Of a DNA stretch of 64,000 bases, positions 1 through 8,934 are shown piece by piece. The stretch's first letter is position 1; each line of letters begins with the position of its first letter. Under the pieces are notes generated by a model. That model did no database searches. It worked only from the letters and a program-made list of their open reading frames with translations, and was not told the origin of the DNA. The position numbers and the translations under genes are program-made. The DNA is from Oscillospiraceae bacterium (GTDB lineage Bacteria > Bacillota > Clostridia > Oscillospirales > Oscillospiraceae), in assembly GCA_017617795.1 (NCBI GenBank), contig JAFZVM010000075.1, forward strand, positions 3,727-67,726, given 5' to 3'.

Positions 1-91
1 AAAAAATAAGGATACCGGAAAACCAACGGTATAAAATCCCGCCTCCCGCAAAGAATACCAGCGATGATATTCTTTATGGGAGGCGTTATTG

Positions 92-1060
92 ATGAGATTC
101 AGATCCATAGTCGCCTGTCTTCTCTGCCTGCTCTTGACTGCCGGTACGGCAGGCGCCGTAGAGGTGGAGACCGTCAGCGTGACGAAGGAGACGGAAACAA
201 CAAACCTTGCGCCCATCGCCGAGAACCTGGAACTGAGGACCTATCGGGAAACCTCTGTGGGCGGCATGCTGCAGGCCGTGGACCCTGAAGGAGATCTGTT
301 GACCTTCCGGCTCTGCTCGGAGCCCAAAAAAGGCACGCTGATCCTGGAAGGAGCTGCTTTTGTCTATACCCCGGAACCGCGCAGAAAGGGAAAGGACAGT
401 TTCACTTATACAGCTGTAGACAACCACGGCAACGTATCCGCCGAAGCGTTGGTCACCGTGCACATCGAAAAGCAATCCGGCAAGATCTGCTATTCGGACC
501 TGGATGGAGACCCATTGGCCTATGCGGCTCTTCGTCTGGCTGAGGAAAATGTGTTTATCGGCGAGCGGGTCGGCAGCTCTTGGTGCTTCTCCCCCGATCG
601 GCAGGTCACCAGGGGCGAGTTCCTGACCATGTGCGCCTCCATGACGGGCATGCAGCCGCTGGACGGAGTGACCCGCACCGGCTTTTATGACGATGACGGG
701 ATCGAGCTTTGGCTGAAGCCATATGTTTCCGCCGCGCTCATGTGCGGCGTGGTACAGGGCAGCGCAGGCGACAGCGGCCGCATCGTCTTCGACCCGGATC
801 GCATCATTACCGCAGCGGAAGCGGCGGTTATGCTGAATAATTTCCTGCTGATCACCGATTCTGCAAACGTATCCTCTTCAGAAAACGTGCCGGTTTGGGC
901 CGCAAAAGCGGTGGACAATCTGACAGCCTGCGATATCTGCGTTTCCGGTTTCCGGGCAGAACTTTCCATGACCAGGAGAGACGTGGCCTCCATGCTCAGC
1001 GCGGCAATGGACGCCTGCGCCGGAAGGGCTCAAAATATCCGCAGGATCTGGGCGGAATGA
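92..1060 (+). CDS. Secreted cell-surface protein: signal peptide, cadherin/Ig-like domain, three SLH-like repeats
   Basis: ORF 89..1060. GGGAGG lies 8 nt upstream of the ATG at 92. Hydrophobic signal peptide (CLLCLLLTAGTAGA). DPEGDLLTF...FTYTAVDNHGN is a cadherin-like motif. The C-terminal half has three SLH-like segments (e.g. VTRGEFLTMCASM, ITAAEAAVMLNNFL, MTRRDVASMLSAAM). Confidence 0.75.
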   Translation: MRFRSIVACLLCLLLTAGTAGAVEVETVSVTKETETTNLAPIAENLELRTYRETSVGGMLQAVDPEGDLLTFRLCSEPKKGTLILEGAAFVYTPEPRRKGKDSFTYTAVDNHGNVSAEALVTVHIEKQSGKICYSDLDGDPLAYAALRLAEENVFIGERVGSSWCFSPDRQVTRGEFLTMCASMTGMQPLDGVTRTGFYDDDGIELWLKPYVSAALMCGVVQGSAGDSGRIVFDPDRIITAAEAAVMLNNFLLITDSANVSSSENVPVWAAKAVDNLTACDICVSGFRAELSMTRRDVASMLSAAMDACAGRAQNIRRIWAE

Positions 1061-1104
1061 TCATAGCCCGGGGCGGCGTCAGCCGTCCCGGGCAAGCACT
1101 TTCT

Positions 1105-2835
1105 TCAGCCTTTTCTCTGCAATTTCTCCACCTCAGACCGCTCCGGCGTGACATAGAGGGTGCGGTAGTTTGTATAGATCACCATGCCGGGCCTGGCTCC
1201 AGCCGGTTTGCGTACATAACGGACCTGCGTGTAATCGACCGGCACATTGGCGCTGTCCCTCCCCTTGGAGTACCAGGCGGCCAGCAAGGCAGCCTCCCGC
1301 AGCGTATCGCCGTCCTCCGGGCTGCAGACTGCGACGACATGGGCGCCGTGGGTTTTCTGGGCATGCAGCCAAACGCTGTGCTTATCTGCCTGATGCAGCG
1401 TGAGCCAGTCGTTCTGCAGATTGTTCCTGCCCACCAGGATCAGGGCGCCTTCGGAGGAGAGGAACCGCATGGGCTGCGGCACAGGCTGTTTTTTTCGTTT
1501 TCCTCCGCTCTCCCGGAGATATCCCTGCTCCGTCAGCTCTCTTCGGATTTCCGCAAGGTCCCTCTCCCCGGCGGCCAGATTCAACTCCTCCAGCACGCTT
1601 TCCAAATACTGAATTTCTTCTTCTGCCTCACGGATCTGACCCGCCAGGACCTTTTCCGCGTTCTTGGCCTTGGCATACAGCTTATAGTAATGGGCGGCGT
1701 TCTGCTGCGGTGAGAGCTTCGGATCCAGGGGGATACGCACGGTTCCTCCCGCTTCCGCATAGAAATCTTCCGCTTCCAATTCCCGCTGCCCTCGGGTCAT
1801 GCGATACAGGTTTGCTTTGATCAGATCGCCCCATTGTCTCCAGGTATCCCGTTTGGCGGTAGCCTGCTGTTCCTCTGTCCGGAGCGCCAGTTTCCTTGCC
1901 GCTCTGTCCCGTCTGGTCCTGACCAGCTTGACCAATGCCTGACTGCGCTGATTCTGTCTCTCCAGCCGCTCGCGTTCCGTATAGAAAGCATCAAGAAGCG
2001 AGGAATAGTCCGGATACGCTTCCTGCTGCATCGCGGAGCCGTATTGCAGCAGCGGAGCGCAATAGAGGTCTGAAGGTTTTTCGCCTGTTTTCAGCAATAC
2101 GGGCTGAAACGACCCTCGTATCGCTGCCAGGGATTCAAGAAGCGCTGCTCCGCTCAGGGAAGAAACGGGACTGTCCGAAGCGCCGGCTGAACGGCATACC
2201 AGCTCCCTGGCCAGCAGAGGGGACAGCCCGGCGACCGCAGAAACCAGCCAAAGATCCCCCGGCTTGCTGCTGTCTGCGCCGGCCAAAAGACGATCCAATT
2301 TCTGCGCGCTCAAGCGGAAGAAATCCGGTTTTTCCGGCCTTGGCGGCAGGGCGTAATAAAGGCCGGGAAGGAGCTGCCGTTTGGAACTCTGTTCCGCGTC
2401 GATCCGACGCAGGCAATCGATGATCCGGCCATCCCCGTCGATCAGGATCAAATTCGACGCCCGGCCGAGCATTTCCACCGCCAGGGTCTTTTCTGAAGGG
2501 ACGCCCAATTCGTCCAAGCAGGCAAACCGCATCAGATACAGACGATCCATATCCGGCTGCTCCAAAGCGGTGAGTCTGCCGCCGGTAAGGTGCTTTCGCA
2601 GAAGCATGCAGAACATGGGCGGTTCAGCAGGATTCTCCCTTCCGCCCGTCGTTACATGTACTCTGGCCGTTCCGCTCCCGGCGCTCACCAGGACTCTGCA
2701 GGGTCCTCCGGGACCGCGCATAGAGAGGAAGAGAACGTCCTTTTCCGGCTGCTGTATCTTATCGATACGGCTCCCCAGGAGCCGCGAACGAAGCTCCGCC
2801 GCCGCAGCGGAGAGGAAAAGGGAATCAACCGGCAT
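1105..2835 (-). CDS. rqcH: RqcH / NFACT-family ribosome quality-control protein (FbpA-like)
   Basis: 576-aa ORF. The N-terminus (MPVDSLFLSAAAAELRSRLLGSRIDKIQQP) is typical of NFACT-N. There is a central coiled coil. The C-terminal DUF814-like block is GALILVGRNNLQNDWLT...WLHAQKTHGAHVV. Confidence 0.85.
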   Translation of the reverse strand: MPVDSLFLSAAAAELRSRLLGSRIDKIQQPEKDVLFLSMRGPGGPCRVLVSAGSGTARVHVTTGGRENPAEPPMFCMLLRKHLTGGRLTALEQPDMDRLYLMRFACLDELGVPSEKTLAVEMLGRASNLILIDGDGRIIDCLRRIDAEQSSKRQLLPGLYYALPPRPEKPDFFRLSAQKLDRLLAGADSSKPGDLWLVSAVAGLSPLLARELVCRSAGASDSPVSSLSGAALLESLAAIRGSFQPVLLKTGEKPSDLYCAPLLQYGSAMQQEAYPDYSSLLDAFYTERERLERQNQRSQALVKLVRTRRDRAARKLALRTEEQQATAKRDTWRQWGDLIKANLYRMTRGQRELEAEDFYAEAGGTVRIPLDPKLSPQQNAAHYYKLYAKAKNAEKVLAGQIREAEEEIQYLESVLEELNLAAGERDLAEIRRELTEQGYLRESGGKRKKQPVPQPMRFLSSEGALILVGRNNLQNDWLTLHQADKHSVWLHAQKTHGAHVVAVCSPEDGDTLREAALLAAWYSKGRDSANVPVDYTQVRYVRKPAGARPGMVIYTNYRTLYVTPERSEVEKLQRKG

Positions 2836-3244
2836 AGCAGCCCTCCAAAATCATATGAAAAAGCGCGTTGACCCGCTCTGATCTGCCCAAAAGATACAGA
2901 TACCCCAGCAGGGCTTCCAAACCGGTGGCTTCATGGTACTCCCCCACCTTTGCGTGTCTGGGGACAGAGTTCACTCTTGCGTTTCTCCCCCGGTGAAAGA
3001 CGGCCAGTTCCTCTTCCGTCAGTCTGGGCAGGATCTGCCGGACATCCCGGGACTGAGCCCGGGCATTCACCATATCCACCGATGCTTTATGCAGGCCTGC
3101 GGACGTTTCGTTCCCTTCCTCCGCCAGATACAGCCGCACCAGCAGTTCAAAGACCGCATCGCCCACGTGGGCCAGGGCCAGACTGCTCATGGCGTTTACC
3201 TGCGCTTTGGACAGGACCGGCTGCAGATAGTTCTTTTCAGCCAT
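2825..3244 (-). CDS. mrnC: Mini-ribonuclease III
   Basis: The track ORF is 2825..3397, but the conserved part starts at the internal ATG at 3244 (MAEKNYLQ...). That ATG overlaps the stop of the upstream gene by 8 nt. Motifs LAHVGDAVFEL and ATGLEALLGYLYL are present. Confidence 0.85.
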   Translation of the reverse strand: MAEKNYLQPVLSKAQVNAMSSLALAHVGDAVFELLVRLYLAEEGNETSAGLHKASVDMVNARAQSRDVRQILPRLTEEELAVFHRGRNARVNSVPRHAKVGEYHEATGLEALLGYLYLLGRSERVNALFHMILEGCYAG

Positions 3245-4544
3245 CAACGAACCATTCCCCTTCCCGGCGGAACAGCGTTCCGTTTTCATAAAGCTCGTTT
3301 TCCACCTTGATCCGGACCCCCTGATAATTGCCCACGTCGATGGCGGTGGCTGCGAGAGATTCCGCGGCCAAGGTGCGCTGACGGGTATCCCCGGCAAGGA
3401 ACTCCATACTCACCTGAATGGTACAGATCCGGTCCTGAACCTCTACGCCCAGCAGCCTGGTCCCCTCGGGGATCGGGCTGCGGTATCCCCAGGTCCGATC
3501 CCGGGAGAGAAGCATATCAATAGCCCGGCCGGTCATGGAAAGGGTATCGGGATATTCATGGTCATCCGTGGGCACCGGAACCGCAACCAGCTTGCCGTTG
3601 GCCGCCTCCAGATACAGTTCCACCACGAACCAGCTCCACTTCATCAGGACAGGATAGGTGAATTCCTCCGCTTCAGGCAGAGGTTCGGAAAGCATGATGT
3701 AGGTGTATTCCTCCAAACGGCTTCCCTCCACTGTGATCTGCACCAGATCCACCCCCGGCAGGGAGGTCATGGTATTCACCAGCGCATAGACCATCAGCCG
3801 TTCCTCTCTGGGAGACGACGGTCTTCCTTTGTAATATGCGTCTGACAGGTCAACGGTGCAGATCCCGCCCGAAATGTGCACGCTCAGCAGTTCAGTCCCT
3901 TCCGGAACGGCTGCAGCCGCATCGCTTCTCTGGGGACCGCGGATCAGTTCTTCCGCCGCATATTCAGCCAGAGGTTTATCCTGGGCGATGGTCAGTTGTC
4001 TGCGCTCTGACAGGAGACAGCTGCCGTCCGCGGACGGGAACCAAAGCTCAAGCTCCGCCTGGTAATCGCTTTCAGACGCGCTTTCCCATAACAGGATATC
4101 CAGTGTAAGTCCCCGTTCAACGGTCTTTCCCTCCACGGAAATATTCACCCGATCCACTTCCTCCAGACTGCACAGCGTCATCACCAGACAACAGCGGACC
4201 AGGGTCTTCTGCACCGGGAGCATATTCAGATAGGAAGCGGTGAGGTCGACGGTGATCACCCGATCCTCAAGGCTGTAGGTATTGATGTGCAGATCCTGGG
4301 GAAATGCGGAATGCATCTTCATTTTCTCCTCAGGATCCTCTGTCAGGCGCACCAGGGCCTCGTGGAGCAGGTCGCCCCGATGGGCGGCGGTATAGGTCAC
4401 TTTGCCTACGGCGCTGCCGCTTTCAGATCCTTCGGCCAGAGTCAGGTAGTAAACGTCGACGCTGGGCTCATCCTTTTGGTTATCCACAGATGCACAGCCG
4501 GCAAGGAAGAGCAGGAACAGCAGGAATGAGATCAGTCGTTTCAT
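3237..4544 (-). CDS. Lipoprotein with GerM-like (sporulation/germination) domains
   Basis: Lipobox LFLAGC follows the signal peptide MKRLISFLLFLLF. Two similar halves resemble GerM domains. It lies directly downstream of a two-component system, with a 4-nt overlap to the kinase stop. Confidence 0.6.
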   Translation of the reverse strand: MKRLISFLLFLLFLAGCASVDNQKDEPSVDVYYLTLAEGSESGSAVGKVTYTAAHRGDLLHEALVRLTEDPEEKMKMHSAFPQDLHINTYSLEDRVITVDLTASYLNMLPVQKTLVRCCLVMTLCSLEEVDRVNISVEGKTVERGLTLDILLWESASESDYQAELELWFPSADGSCLLSERRQLTIAQDKPLAEYAAEELIRGPQRSDAAAAVPEGTELLSVHISGGICTVDLSDAYYKGRPSSPREERLMVYALVNTMTSLPGVDLVQITVEGSRLEEYTYIMLSEPLPEAEEFTYPVLMKWSWFVVELYLEAANGKLVAVPVPTDDHEYPDTLSMTGRAIDMLLSRDRTWGYRSPIPEGTRLLGVEVQDRICTIQVSMEFLAGDTRQRTLAAESLAATAIDVGNYQGVRIKVENELYENGTLFRREGEWFVDG

Positions 4545-6001
4545 GTCCGTTCTCCCCGTCCTTTGGACTTCACCAGGGGCAGGCAGACCGAAAAACGCAT
4601 GCCGCCGCTTTCCCTTCGCTCTGCGCTGACCCTGCCGCCGTGCTTCTCAACGGTTTCCTTTACGATGCTCAGCCCAAGCCCGCTGCTTCCTTCCTCTCCG
4701 CCGGTCCGGGAATCATCCACCCGATAAAACCGGTCAAAGATATGGGGCAGCTTCTCCTCCGGGATGCCAATGCCCGTATCATCTACCATGAGACAGGCCT
4801 CCCCTTCCATGGGAAACAGCAGCACGAGCACCTGTCCCTCCGGTACGTTGTATTTGATGGCGTTTTCCACCAGATTGAAGACCACCTGATGCAGCTCATC
4901 CGCATCTGCCATGACCACGCAGCTCCTGTCCAGACGGCTCTCCAGCCTTACGCTCCGCTCCTGAGCAAGAGGCCTGAGCATTTTCAGCGCTTCCTCCGTC
5001 AGCCTCTGCAGATCAACGCGCTCACGCCTGACCTCGACAGGGTTATGCAGCCGGGTAAGCTCCAAAAGGCGCTGGGTCACCCGGCGAAGGCGCTCCGCTT
5101 CCCGGCCGATGTCGTAAACGAATTCCCGCACCGTGGGCATGGGCATACCGTCCGTCTGAACGATGCTGTCTGACAGAAGCGTGATGGCCGCCAACGGGGT
5201 TTTCAGTTCATGGGAAGCATCGGAAACAAATCTTTGACGCATCGTCTCCGTCTGCTCGAGGCGGTCTGCCAGCGCATTGATTTCCTGGCTCAGCTGCTCC
5301 AGCGCGTCGCTGCCGCGCACCTTTGCCCTGGCTTGGTAATCCCCTTCTCCCAAACTGTGCATCGTGCCGAGGATCGTGCGGATCCGGCCGGTCATGAGCA
5401 GAGAGAGGATCACAGCCAGCAGAAGCGCCGCGGCGATCACTGCCCCGCTGATACTCTCCAGAGTCCTTTGCAGATCGGTCACCAGCGCCGCTTGTTCCGC
5501 ATCATACTCATACAGGTATACGGCGCCGATGGTATTACCCCGGGCAACCACGGGAACGCAGGCCTTTCCGGTAAGGACCCCGTCCTGCAGGCGGGCAGAA
5601 AAGACGTTCTTTCCTTCCAGCGCAAGGATCACCTCGGAAAACAGCACATAACGGCCCCGGCTCGACGGACCATCCACCGAGTCGTAAACGATACGGGCTT
5701 CCTCATCCGTGACGATCACCCTGGCGGCTCCCGCTTCGTCCAGCAGTTCCATGACCTTCTGCACCTCGTCCGAATGAAGCGTGTACAGAGATGAGAGGGA
5801 GGACGCGATCAGAGAGGCCTGGTTCTGCATCGTGCTGCATTTGCTTTCAAATAGCAGGTCGCGGTAACGGATCACCGGGATCACGTTGATGAAAGTCAGG
5901 CAGAGGAGGATAACTGCAAAATAGCTTACAGCATATTTCAGCTGTAAGCCATATCGCAGCATCAGATTTTTCCACTTAGTCCTTAAAGTAATAGCCGACA
6001 C
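4541..6001 (-). CDS. Sensor histidine kinase (TM-sensor-TM-HAMP-HisKA-HATPase)
   Basis: H-box SHELKTPL, N-box ENAIKYN, G-boxes DTGIGI and GLGLSI, and two predicted TM segments. The start is uncertain: GTG at 6001 overlaps the regulator gene, and ATG at 5962 is the alternative. Confidence 0.85.
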   Translation of the reverse strand: MSAITLRTKWKNLMLRYGLQLKYAVSYFAVILLCLTFINVIPVIRYRDLLFESKCSTMQNQASLIASSLSSLYTLHSDEVQKVMELLDEAGAARVIVTDEEARIVYDSVDGPSSRGRYVLFSEVILALEGKNVFSARLQDGVLTGKACVPVVARGNTIGAVYLYEYDAEQAALVTDLQRTLESISGAVIAAALLLAVILSLLMTGRIRTILGTMHSLGEGDYQARAKVRGSDALEQLSQEINALADRLEQTETMRQRFVSDASHELKTPLAAITLLSDSIVQTDGMPMPTVREFVYDIGREAERLRRVTQRLLELTRLHNPVEVRRERVDLQRLTEEALKMLRPLAQERSVRLESRLDRSCVVMADADELHQVVFNLVENAIKYNVPEGQVLVLLFPMEGEACLMVDDTGIGIPEEKLPHIFDRFYRVDDSRTGGEEGSSGLGLSIVKETVEKHGGRVSAERRESGGMRFSVCLPLVKSKGRGERT

Positions 6002-6656
6002 CCCACTTGGTCATGATCTTCTTGGGAGAGGCAGGCTCCATTTCCATCTTTTCTCTCAGCCGGCGGATATGCACGTCCACCGTGCGGATATCGCCCTGAT
6101 ACTCGGCGCCCCAGATGAGCTTGAGGAGGTTTTCCCGGCTGTATACCTTTCCGGGGTTGCGCATGAGCAGTTCGACCAGATCGAATTCCTTGGCGGTCAA
6201 TTCAACCTCCTGCCCGTCCCGGTATGCGACCCGGCATTCGGGATCTATACGGATGGTGCCGCTTTCCAGGATGCCGCCCTTGCTCTCCTCGTCCCTGACT
6301 CCCCGGCGCCGCAGCAAAGCCCGGACCCGGGCTTTCAGTTCCAGGATATTGAACGGCTTCGTCACATAATCGTCCGCACCGTATTCAAAACCGATGATCT
6401 TGTCCGTATCCTCGCTGCGGGCGGTGAGCATGATAATCGGCACCTTCGAGAACGTCCTGATTTCCATACAGGCATCCAAGCCGTTCATCTTGGGCATCAT
6501 CAGGTCCATAATCACCAAATCGATGTTTTGGCTGCGGACCTTTTCCACCGCTTCGACGCCATCGTAAGCGGTCTCCACCTCATAACCATCGTTCTCCAGG
6601 TTGAATTTGATCCCCTTGACCAGGAGCTTCTCATCATCCACAACCAAAACTCGCAT
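5976..6656 (-). CDS. OmpR-family response regulator
   Basis: The track ORF extends to 6755, but the receiver domain starts at MRVLVVDDEKLL (ATG at 6656). The phospho-acceptor context is DLVIMDLMMP. A C-terminal winged helix (VDVHIRRLREK) is present. Confidence 0.9.
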   Translation of the reverse strand: MRVLVVDDEKLLVKGIKFNLENDGYEVETAYDGVEAVEKVRSQNIDLVIMDLMMPKMNGLDACMEIRTFSKVPIIMLTARSEDTDKIIGFEYGADDYVTKPFNILELKARVRALLRRRGVRDEESKGGILESGTIRIDPECRVAYRDGQEVELTAKEFDLVELLMRNPGKVYSRENLLKLIWGAEYQGDIRTVDVHIRRLREKMEMEPASPKKIMTKWGVGYYFKD

Positions 6657-6681
6657 CAAAAAACCATCCTTTTCTCTTTTC

Positions 6682-7059
6682 TCAGTCTGCAGTGATCCTG
6701 TCCCGCAGCGCCGTATAGATTTTTTCGTCAATGCCGGATATGTCCGTGATCTCATATGGGTAACGGAAATGCCCGATGGTCCTCCTGTATTCCACGATCC
6801 TTTCTGCCAGGACGGGACCGATCCCCGGAAGCTCAGCCAATTCCTTTACCGATGCCGTGTTCAGGTTCAGGCACCCATTTGGAGCCGGAGACGGCGTCAG
6901 CTCGACGATCGACGACCGTCCGACCTCTATGGCCAATGTATCGGTTCTCTGCCGCAGGAGCATACGGCCAAGAAACAACCCGATCCCCAGGCACAGGATG
7001 CCGACCAACGCGACCGGGCAAAAATGCTTCAGGATCCAGGCAGTTTTGTCCCTTTGCAT
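6682..7059 (-). CDS. comEA: ComEA-family helix-hairpin-helix DNA-binding protein (membrane anchored)
   Basis: N-terminal TM helix, then LNLNTASVKELAELPGIGPVLAERIVEYR, a tandem HhH motif. Confidence 0.8.
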   Translation of the reverse strand: MQRDKTAWILKHFCPVALVGILCLGIGLFLGRMLLRQRTDTLAIEVGRSSIVELTPSPAPNGCLNLNTASVKELAELPGIGPVLAERIVEYRRTIGHFRYPYEITDISGIDEKIYTALRDRITAD

Positions 7060-7187
7060 CGGTATGCGCTCTCCTTCAGGTCACATTTCCCATTATTGCA
7101 TAAATAATATCTCATAATTTCTCTTGCAATTCAAGTCTCATCTTTGCTATATTTACAGTAGATTAGCATGATTTTTTGGTGATTGCC

Positions 7188-8588
7188 ATGAACAAAACGA
7201 AGCGTTATACATTGCTCCCCATGCTGCTGGCTGCAGTTCTGATCCTGCAGCTTTTCCTTCCCATGCCCGCTTCCGCGGCGACCGAACCTCCGGCGGTGGA
7301 CGCCCGTGCCGCCGTGCTGATGGATGCGGAAAGCGGAGACCTTCTCTATGCTTTGCAGCCGGATGATCCGGTCTACGCCGCCGGATTGACGGTTATGATG
7401 ACCGCGCTTCTGGCTGCCGAGGCGGTTGATGCCGGGGATATCGACTACGCGGATATGGTCGAAGCCACAACTTCCGTCCGCACGGATATTTCCGAGGATG
7501 CTGCGATCCAGGGGATCGAACCGGGCGAAACTATGAGCCTGCAGAATCTGCTTTATTGTGCGCTCATCGGTTCCGGCAGCGACGCCTGCAATGTCATCGG
7601 TACCTACGTCGGCGAAGGGAGCCTGTCCGGCTTTGTGGAGCGGATGAATACCAGAGCCAAAGAACTGGGCTGCAAAAACACCCATTTCGGCAACACCCAC
7701 GGTCTTCCCCACGCCGGTCAGCAGACCACCGCCCGGGACATGGCCCGCATCGCCGCTGCTTTTGTAAAGCACGATGAGCTCATGAACATCGTCAATACCA
7801 TTTCCATCGAGATCCCGGAAACCAATCTTTCCGGCGCCCGGCACCTCAATAACGGCAACTATATTCTCCGGTCGGATTATACCCGTTACTATTACTCCTA
7901 TGCCAGCGGCATCAAGAGCAGCTATACGGATGAAGCGGGCTTCTGCCTGGCCTCCGCGGTGAAAACAGACGACTCCTATGTGGTATCCATCGTACTGGGC
8001 TGCATCTCCAAAGAATCGGACAGCGGTTTCATGGATATCCAGAGCTTTGTGCAGACCCGCAGCCTGTTCCAGTGGTTCAGCCAGAACTATGGTTTGCGGG
8101 AAATCGTCAATCCCATGGCTCCGATCCACGAAGTCAAGGTCGAACTGGGCGAAGGATCGGATACCGTCGTGGTCTGCGCAGACGGCAGTCTGTCCCTCTT
8201 CCTCCCCAATGATCTGGTCATTTCGGATCATTACAAGAGAAATGTCAAGATCTACAGTGAACAGCCTGGGGCCGAACCCCTGCAGGCCCCGGTGGAACGG
8301 GGGCAGGTTCTGGGAGAAATGACCGTCACGGACGACGCCGGCAAGGTTTATGGACCGTTCAAGCTGGTGGCCAATACCAGCGTCTCCGTATCCCGCTTTT
8401 CCGTGCTTAAGCACAAGCTCAAGGAAACCTTCTCCAAGCCCTTCTGGAAATATGTCGTTTGGGGAATCATCGCGATCATCGTCATCTATGCCATACTGGT
8501 GATCCGGTACAATGTGATCCGGGCAAGGTATCGGAAAATGCGCCGGAAGCAGCGCCGGGAGGAAGCTCGTACAAATTCCGAACGCTGA
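7188..8588 (+). CDS. Peptidase S11 (PBP5/DacB-like) D,D-carboxypeptidase homolog with degenerate catalytic motifs and a C-terminal TM anchor
   Basis: Signal peptide ending in PASAA. Overall collinear with DacB/DacF-type PBPs. The SxxK position reads AAGLTV, SGN reads SGS and KTG reads KSS. A C-terminal TM helix is followed by a basic tail. ATG at 7188 is preferred over TTG at 7176. Confidence 0.8.
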   Translation: MNKTKRYTLLPMLLAAVLILQLFLPMPASAATEPPAVDARAAVLMDAESGDLLYALQPDDPVYAAGLTVMMTALLAAEAVDAGDIDYADMVEATTSVRTDISEDAAIQGIEPGETMSLQNLLYCALIGSGSDACNVIGTYVGEGSLSGFVERMNTRAKELGCKNTHFGNTHGLPHAGQQTTARDMARIAAAFVKHDELMNIVNTISIEIPETNLSGARHLNNGNYILRSDYTRYYYSYASGIKSSYTDEAGFCLASAVKTDDSYVVSIVLGCISKESDSGFMDIQSFVQTRSLFQWFSQNYGLREIVNPMAPIHEVKVELGEGSDTVVVCADGSLSLFLPNDLVISDHYKRNVKIYSEQPGAEPLQAPVERGQVLGEMTVTDDAGKVYGPFKLVANTSVSVSRFSVLKHKLKETFSKPFWKYVVWGIIAIIVIYAILVIRYNVIRARYRKMRRKQRREEARTNSER

Positions 8589-8633
8589 AAGGTTTCCCGT
8601 TCTTGCCAACCAAAAATTATTTTCCCGTTTCCC

Positions 8634-8661
8634 TTGACAAATCCGCAAAAGCGGGTATAAT
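8634..8661 (+). promoter_or_regulatory. SigA-type promoter for tRNA-Gln
   Basis: TTGACA (8634..8639), a 16-nt spacer and TATAAT (8656..8661), ending 14 nt upstream of the tRNA 5' end. Confidence 0.6.
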
Positions 8662-8674
8662 GACAAACGTGTCT

Positions 8675-8748
8675 AGCGGGATTGTGTAAGGGTAGCACAG
8701 CGGACTCTGACTCCGTATGTGAGGGTTCAAATCCTTCTCCCGCTGCCA
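8675..8748 (+). tRNA. tRNA-Gln (anticodon CTG), CCA encoded
   Basis: Cloverleaf read by hand. Acceptor AGCGGGA pairs with TCCCGCT. D stem is TGTG/CACA. Anticodon stem is GCGGA/TCCGT with loop CTCTGAC (CTG at 8707..8709). T arm is GAGGG-TTCAAAT-CCTTC. Discriminator G is followed by CCA. Confidence 0.9.
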
Positions 8749-8750
8749 AG

Positions 8751-8789
8751 AAAGCTCTGAAACGCATTGTTTCAGAGCTTTTTCTTTTC
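8751..8789 (+). terminator. Rho-independent terminator after tRNA-Gln
   Basis: Perfect 13-bp stem, aaagctctgaaac / gtttcagagcttt, followed by a T-rich tail. Confidence 0.8.
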
Positions 8790-8934
8790 GTAGTCAGAAC
8801 CATCCTTCCATCCCCGGCCTCATGCACAGGGTGTTTTCTTGCAATGCCTTTCTTCCTATGGTATCCTGTTTATAATCAGTATCAACTTCGGGCCGCTTCC
8901 CGGTCCGCATTCTGAAAGAAGGACGGCGATAAGC

